Source of the DNA: Thalia democratica
Lineage: Eukaryota
Direction of reading: 5' to 3'
DNA length: 64,000 nt
NCBI GenBank assembly: GCA_965202585.1
Contig: OZ241829.1
Coordinates: forward strand, 32,178,001 to 32,242,000
Shown here: in pieces, positions 60,501 to 64,000 of the stretch
Layout: every line of letters begins with the position of its first letter
Numbering within the stretch: the stretch's first letter is position 1
The notes under the pieces: generated by a model
Database searches by the model: none
Seen by the model: the letters and a program-made list of their open reading frames with translations, nothing else
What the model was told of the DNA's origin: nothing
Position numbers and translations under genes: made by a program

Positions 60501-63500
60501 TAAAAAAATCGGAAAAAAGAACTGCTTTTGTTGGAGCAATGAAATAACCAAAAGTCAAGTTTTTTGAAATATTGATACCGTTTTTCATGGAAATTGATAT
60601 TATTTTCATCTGAAAGCTTAAAGTTATATTATCCGACGTCAAAAAAAAAGTACTTTAAATTTTAAGAAATGTTCTCTGCATTACTACGAATGACATTTAG
60701 GAAGCAGATTTAAGAAAATATAAGACCAAAATTTGTAATAACAATTTTTTTTTAAATATTTAGGTAGAAATTTGAAATCAGTTTTCTTCAAAATGTTCAT
60801 AATTTATAAACTACTTACCAAATGAAGTTCAAAAACGACTGCTCAAAATCTGTGAGAAAAAATTAATCTCAAGTGTACTCTTTGACTTTTATTGCTTATA
60901 CCTCAAAAGTTACTGGAGTTTTGAAAAACGGTGAAAGCAACTAATGGCTGAGTTATTAATGTACAAAAAAAAAAACTAACGTTTAGATATTGATTCAGCC
61001 ATCTACGGTTTAAGTACAAACTTTAAAACTTTTAGTGGATTTTTTTGCATATATGTTTTTATAGCTGCACTTTAGTTTAAACATGGTTGTTGAAATAAAT
61101 GTTGAGTATACAAAAAGAATTAAGACTTTATTTACTTTATAATTTATCATTGTTTTACCTAAACTTAGACAGATAAAAATTACCATAACAAAAACAAAAA
61201 AACTATGTTTTTTGTCAACTTTTTTACAGCTGAATAGTTTTAATTATTTTTACTAATTATAAGGAAAGTGTTTTTGAATTGCAGTAATGTACACAAAAGT
61301 GCATTAAATACCAAATTTAATTGTTAAGTTAATTTTTAAAATACAAATTCAATAGAAATCATTATCATTAATTTAGAACATAAAATAAAAATTTTATGTT
61401 TTTTAGTTTAAGGTAGTTCTTAGTTTCTTAAGTTTTATCGATTTTTTTTTCCTTAAAATAATAGAAATATTTAATTGTTACATTAAATTTATTAGCTAAA
61501 TTTTTAAAAAAGTGTTCCTAAAGTTCTATGAACGCCTTTTTTCGTTTCTAGTTCATAATACACAAATTATATATTTAAAATATTCGACATAAATGTCTAT
61601 AAATGTTCTGCCCACACGTTAGTTTTTGCATCTTCGTTATAAGTGCTTTACAGGTTTTTTAGTTACTTTGCATGTAAAATAAGGCTGTATTAGATTGAAT
61701 TGTAAATTTCACGTAGATTTACTGTCAGTAGTGTTTTTTTATTATGATGTATTTCAATGAAGAGGCTTTAAAAGATACTTAACGGTTCGATTGTAAACAG
61801 TGTACGATATAAATTTAAGACTGAGCTGAAAAAGAATTCTCTATATGTAAAATGATAAATCAGTTACAGTAGTGAGCTACTTTAATCCAATGTTTTGTTC
61901 TGCTTTCAAAACTTAATCGTAGGTTGGCTAAATTTTATTTCAAAGTTTTATTTTTATAGCATCCTGTAGGTTGTTTAAAAATTAAGTATGATTTGAATAT
62001 TGCTGTTAGTTTGATTCGTATTTTGCTCAATCAATGTACAAAAGAACTATTGTGTTAGTTTTTTAAAAGTTTCTTTTTGATGAAACAGTTAGCTAGGTAA
62101 TAAAAACTAGCCATTTGTTGTTTGTTTAAAATTTAAGGTGTAATAATTTTTCATCGGTTTTTGTAAAATTTCTCAAGTTTAGTATGATACAAACAGTTTT
62201 TATAAATATTTAACAAATTCATTTTAAAACATATTAATTAATTGGCAATAATCAAATGTATAAGGTAAGTTAACTTTACCGGTTTTAAATGTACAAATGT
62301 TTTGATAAAATAAGGATAAGAAAAAATCTTGATTAATCATTATGCAAAACTAAATTTAATGCATGTTAAATAGAATTAGAAAAAGTTATGTTCACACTTA
62401 ATTAAACCTAAGTAGGGCAAAGGTTTAACACTCTGATAAAATCTATTTGTAAAAACTAAATGTTAAACCAAAGCAAGCAAAGTTTAGCATTATTCTTATT
62501 ATAAACTTTACTCACAGTAAGCTCAATTGCGTATGTAGACTGTAAATTGTAGTTGAGCTTTAAGGTTAAAAGTCAAAGTCTTTTTGTTTTAATATTTTTT
62601 ACTTTAATCTTATAAGTGTTTTTAAAACAAATATATAAAGTTTTATATCAGATTTTACTTTAAAAATCATAATTTGTAAGAACATTTTTTTATATAGTAA
62701 TTAATAAAGGATCTAGTAAACCCAATAAAACACTTACAGCGTTAAAATAGTTTTTTATTGTACTTAAACACATTAATTAGAACGACTAACCTAACAATTA
62801 GCTCTATGTCAATGTAAACATATAAGCAAACTTTTATTTATAGAAAAATGTGGTTTACTTTACCGTTTAATTTAACTTACTATGTATTTTATATTCAAAA
62901 ATTGAAGTTATATTCGGGGAAAAAAAAACCCTCATAAGTAAAGTCATTATTTTTCAAACATTTCAAACAGTGACCTAAGCGTTTGAAGCTGTTCGAAATG
63001 CCGAAAAACCATTTTGTTTTGTTAACGCGTTTCGCCTTTAACTTCGCACGGCGCAATCACAGCGACCTTATCAAGAGTGCACAAACAAAACAAAAAACTG
63101 CTGAGCTGATGTTCTGAAAAACAGCTACTTCGCTGCAGCACGCGAGCGGCCTCGGCGCAAAGTTCACACGCACACGGCAGCGTTTCAAAGGTCACCAGGC
63201 TTGTTTACGACGAGATGCTCGTGTTTGCGCGATTTGTGTGTTAGGTGAATTTTTGACGACCTCTCTCTTCTGTTTGAACTCTTTTTTTTCGTTTGACCTT
63301 TGCCACGTAAATGATGTAACCTTTCGCACACACGAGCCGGATAATTAAAATGTGTTGAGATTTGAAAAAATGTTTGAAATATTAATGTTTAGCATTTTTA
63401 TTTTTTTATGAATGTTAAATGCCATTTTTAAAATATAATTAAAACATGTTACACAGAGTTTTAAATTGTTATTAATTTGTTTTTAGCCGTTCAGTGCGAA

Positions 63501-63559
63501 AGAGCCCCCATTGGAAGGATTTCTGCTTCTACCAACGGGAACAGTTTTGATAGTTTGAA
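51541..63559 (+). CDS. NR2C: Nuclear receptor of the NR2C (TR2/TR4, Hr78-like) group; N-terminus, DNA-binding domain and start of hinge; continues beyond the window
   Basis: Exons: 51541-51646 (tentative), 55285-55416, 58937-59037, 59181-59298, 60267-60446, 63487-63559, all phases compatible. The spliced DBD reads [83 protein letters not shown], the CEGCKG P-box, FFKRSIRK and the DSVQCER T-box match TR2/TR4 as I recall them. No ligand-binding-domain exons fall in the window. Confidence 0.9.
51985..52150. mobile_element. Fragment of a MITE with CTCAGGA subterminal repeats
   Basis: Repeated ACTCAGGA/CTCAGG motifs in the same architecture as the ACCTGGAA and GTCAGGCTAAA families. Termini not found. 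Confidence 0.4.
54372..54658. mobile_element. CAGGGTTGCCAC-family MITE with a 6-bp TSD (TAAATA)
   Basis: TIRs CAGGGTTGCCAC/GTGACAACCCTG, TAAATA at 54366-54371 and 54659-54664. Confidence 0.9.
57124..58216. mobile_element. CAGGGTTCGTGCGCG-family non-autonomous element with a 6-bp TSD (TAAGAA)
   Basis: Perfect 15-bp TIRs, GTCAGGCTAAA subterminal repeats, TAAGAA at 57118-57123 and 58217-58222. Confidence 0.9.
59181..59298 (+). CDS. NR2C: NR2C exon with the first half of zinc finger 1 (…[13 protein letters not shown])
   Basis: Acceptor CATGCAG| at 59180, open frame, phase-1 donor G|GTGTGT that joins G|GC AGG CAC TAC of the next exon. Confidence 0.9.
59800..60178. mobile_element. Degenerate CAGGGTTGCCAC-family MITE in the intron that splits NR2C zinc finger 1
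   Basis: CAGGGTGGCCAC left end and family internal sequence, with a possible TSD TACTAA/TACGAA. Confidence 0.8.
60267..60446 (+). CDS. NR2C: NR2C exon with the P-box and zinc finger 2
   Basis: Acceptor ACGCAG| after a T-tract, C4 zinc-finger cysteine spacing, donor T|GTGAGT. Overlaps tracked ORF 60335-60547. Confidence 0.95.
62965..63350. promoter_or_regulatory. Intronic CpG-rich island with clustered nuclear-receptor half-sites
   Basis: TGACCT 62971, CAAAGTTCA 63158-63166, CAAAGGTCA 63186-63194, TGAACT 63275, TGACCTTTG 63294-63302, plus GATA (CTTATCA 63067) and Fox (TGTTTAC 63202) motifs. Confidence 0.5.
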
Positions 63560-64000
63560 GTGAGTTGTTGTTGTTTTGCACAAAACAGGTTTAGCAAGAT
63601 CACTGTAATTTACGTTCGTTTTATGCATCTGGTTATAAAGCAACTATGTTATAAAATTTCTCGTCAATGTGTTTGCTTTATAGTTGTTGATTTAGATATA
63701 AAATTAAACAAAATTTAAATATAAAAAAAAGCTTAATGCCAAAGTGTTATTAAGCGTTCTATTTTTTTTGTAACACAGAAAGTGACTACAATTTAAAAAT
63801 GTTGTTTAGATTTGTACTTAAAATCACATTTTAAGACAGTTCAAAATTATTTCTCAAACTAAAGTTTGTGATAAACTCTAAATTTTGTTTGGCTAAAAAG
63901 GTTTTGTAAGCTTTCTTCATTTTATAAGATAAAACTACATTTAGTCAAACTTAAATAACAGTTAAAGGTTAAGTGTTTTGTAATTTATGATATTTAAACA

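Overview
This is AT-rich (roughly one quarter GC by eye) eukaryotic genomic DNA, most likely from an invertebrate animal; the taxon cannot be fixed from the sequence. No prokaryotic features, CRISPR arrays, rRNA or tRNA genes were found. Four intron-containing genes lie on the + strand, and I rebuilt them by hand with phase-consistent GT-AG junctions. (1) The last exon of a type-I membrane protein (<1-517) ends in a UGA-CUAG readthrough context. (2) A 13-exon gene (11088-19698) encodes an unrecognised protein of about 587 aa. (3) A signal-peptide, Thr/Ser-rich, single-pass sialomucin-like gene spans 29559-41238. (4) The 5' half of a TR2/TR4-type (NR2C) nuclear receptor gene runs from about 51541 past the window end. 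Introns and intergenic DNA hold many non-autonomous DNA transposons: hAT-type with 8-bp TSDs, CAGGGTT-ended elements with 6-bp TSDs, MULE-like, Tc1/pogo-like and Kolobok-like, some nested. CpG-rich non-coding islands look cis-regulatory. The most unusual signal is in intron 11 of gene 2: two inverted, minimal Penelope-type hammerhead-ribozyme motifs (17788-17822 minus, 18325-18360 plus) bracketing an 82-nt near-perfect hairpin. A third hammerhead-like motif lies at 30036-30072. All structures were inferred by eye and none was checked by database search or folding software.
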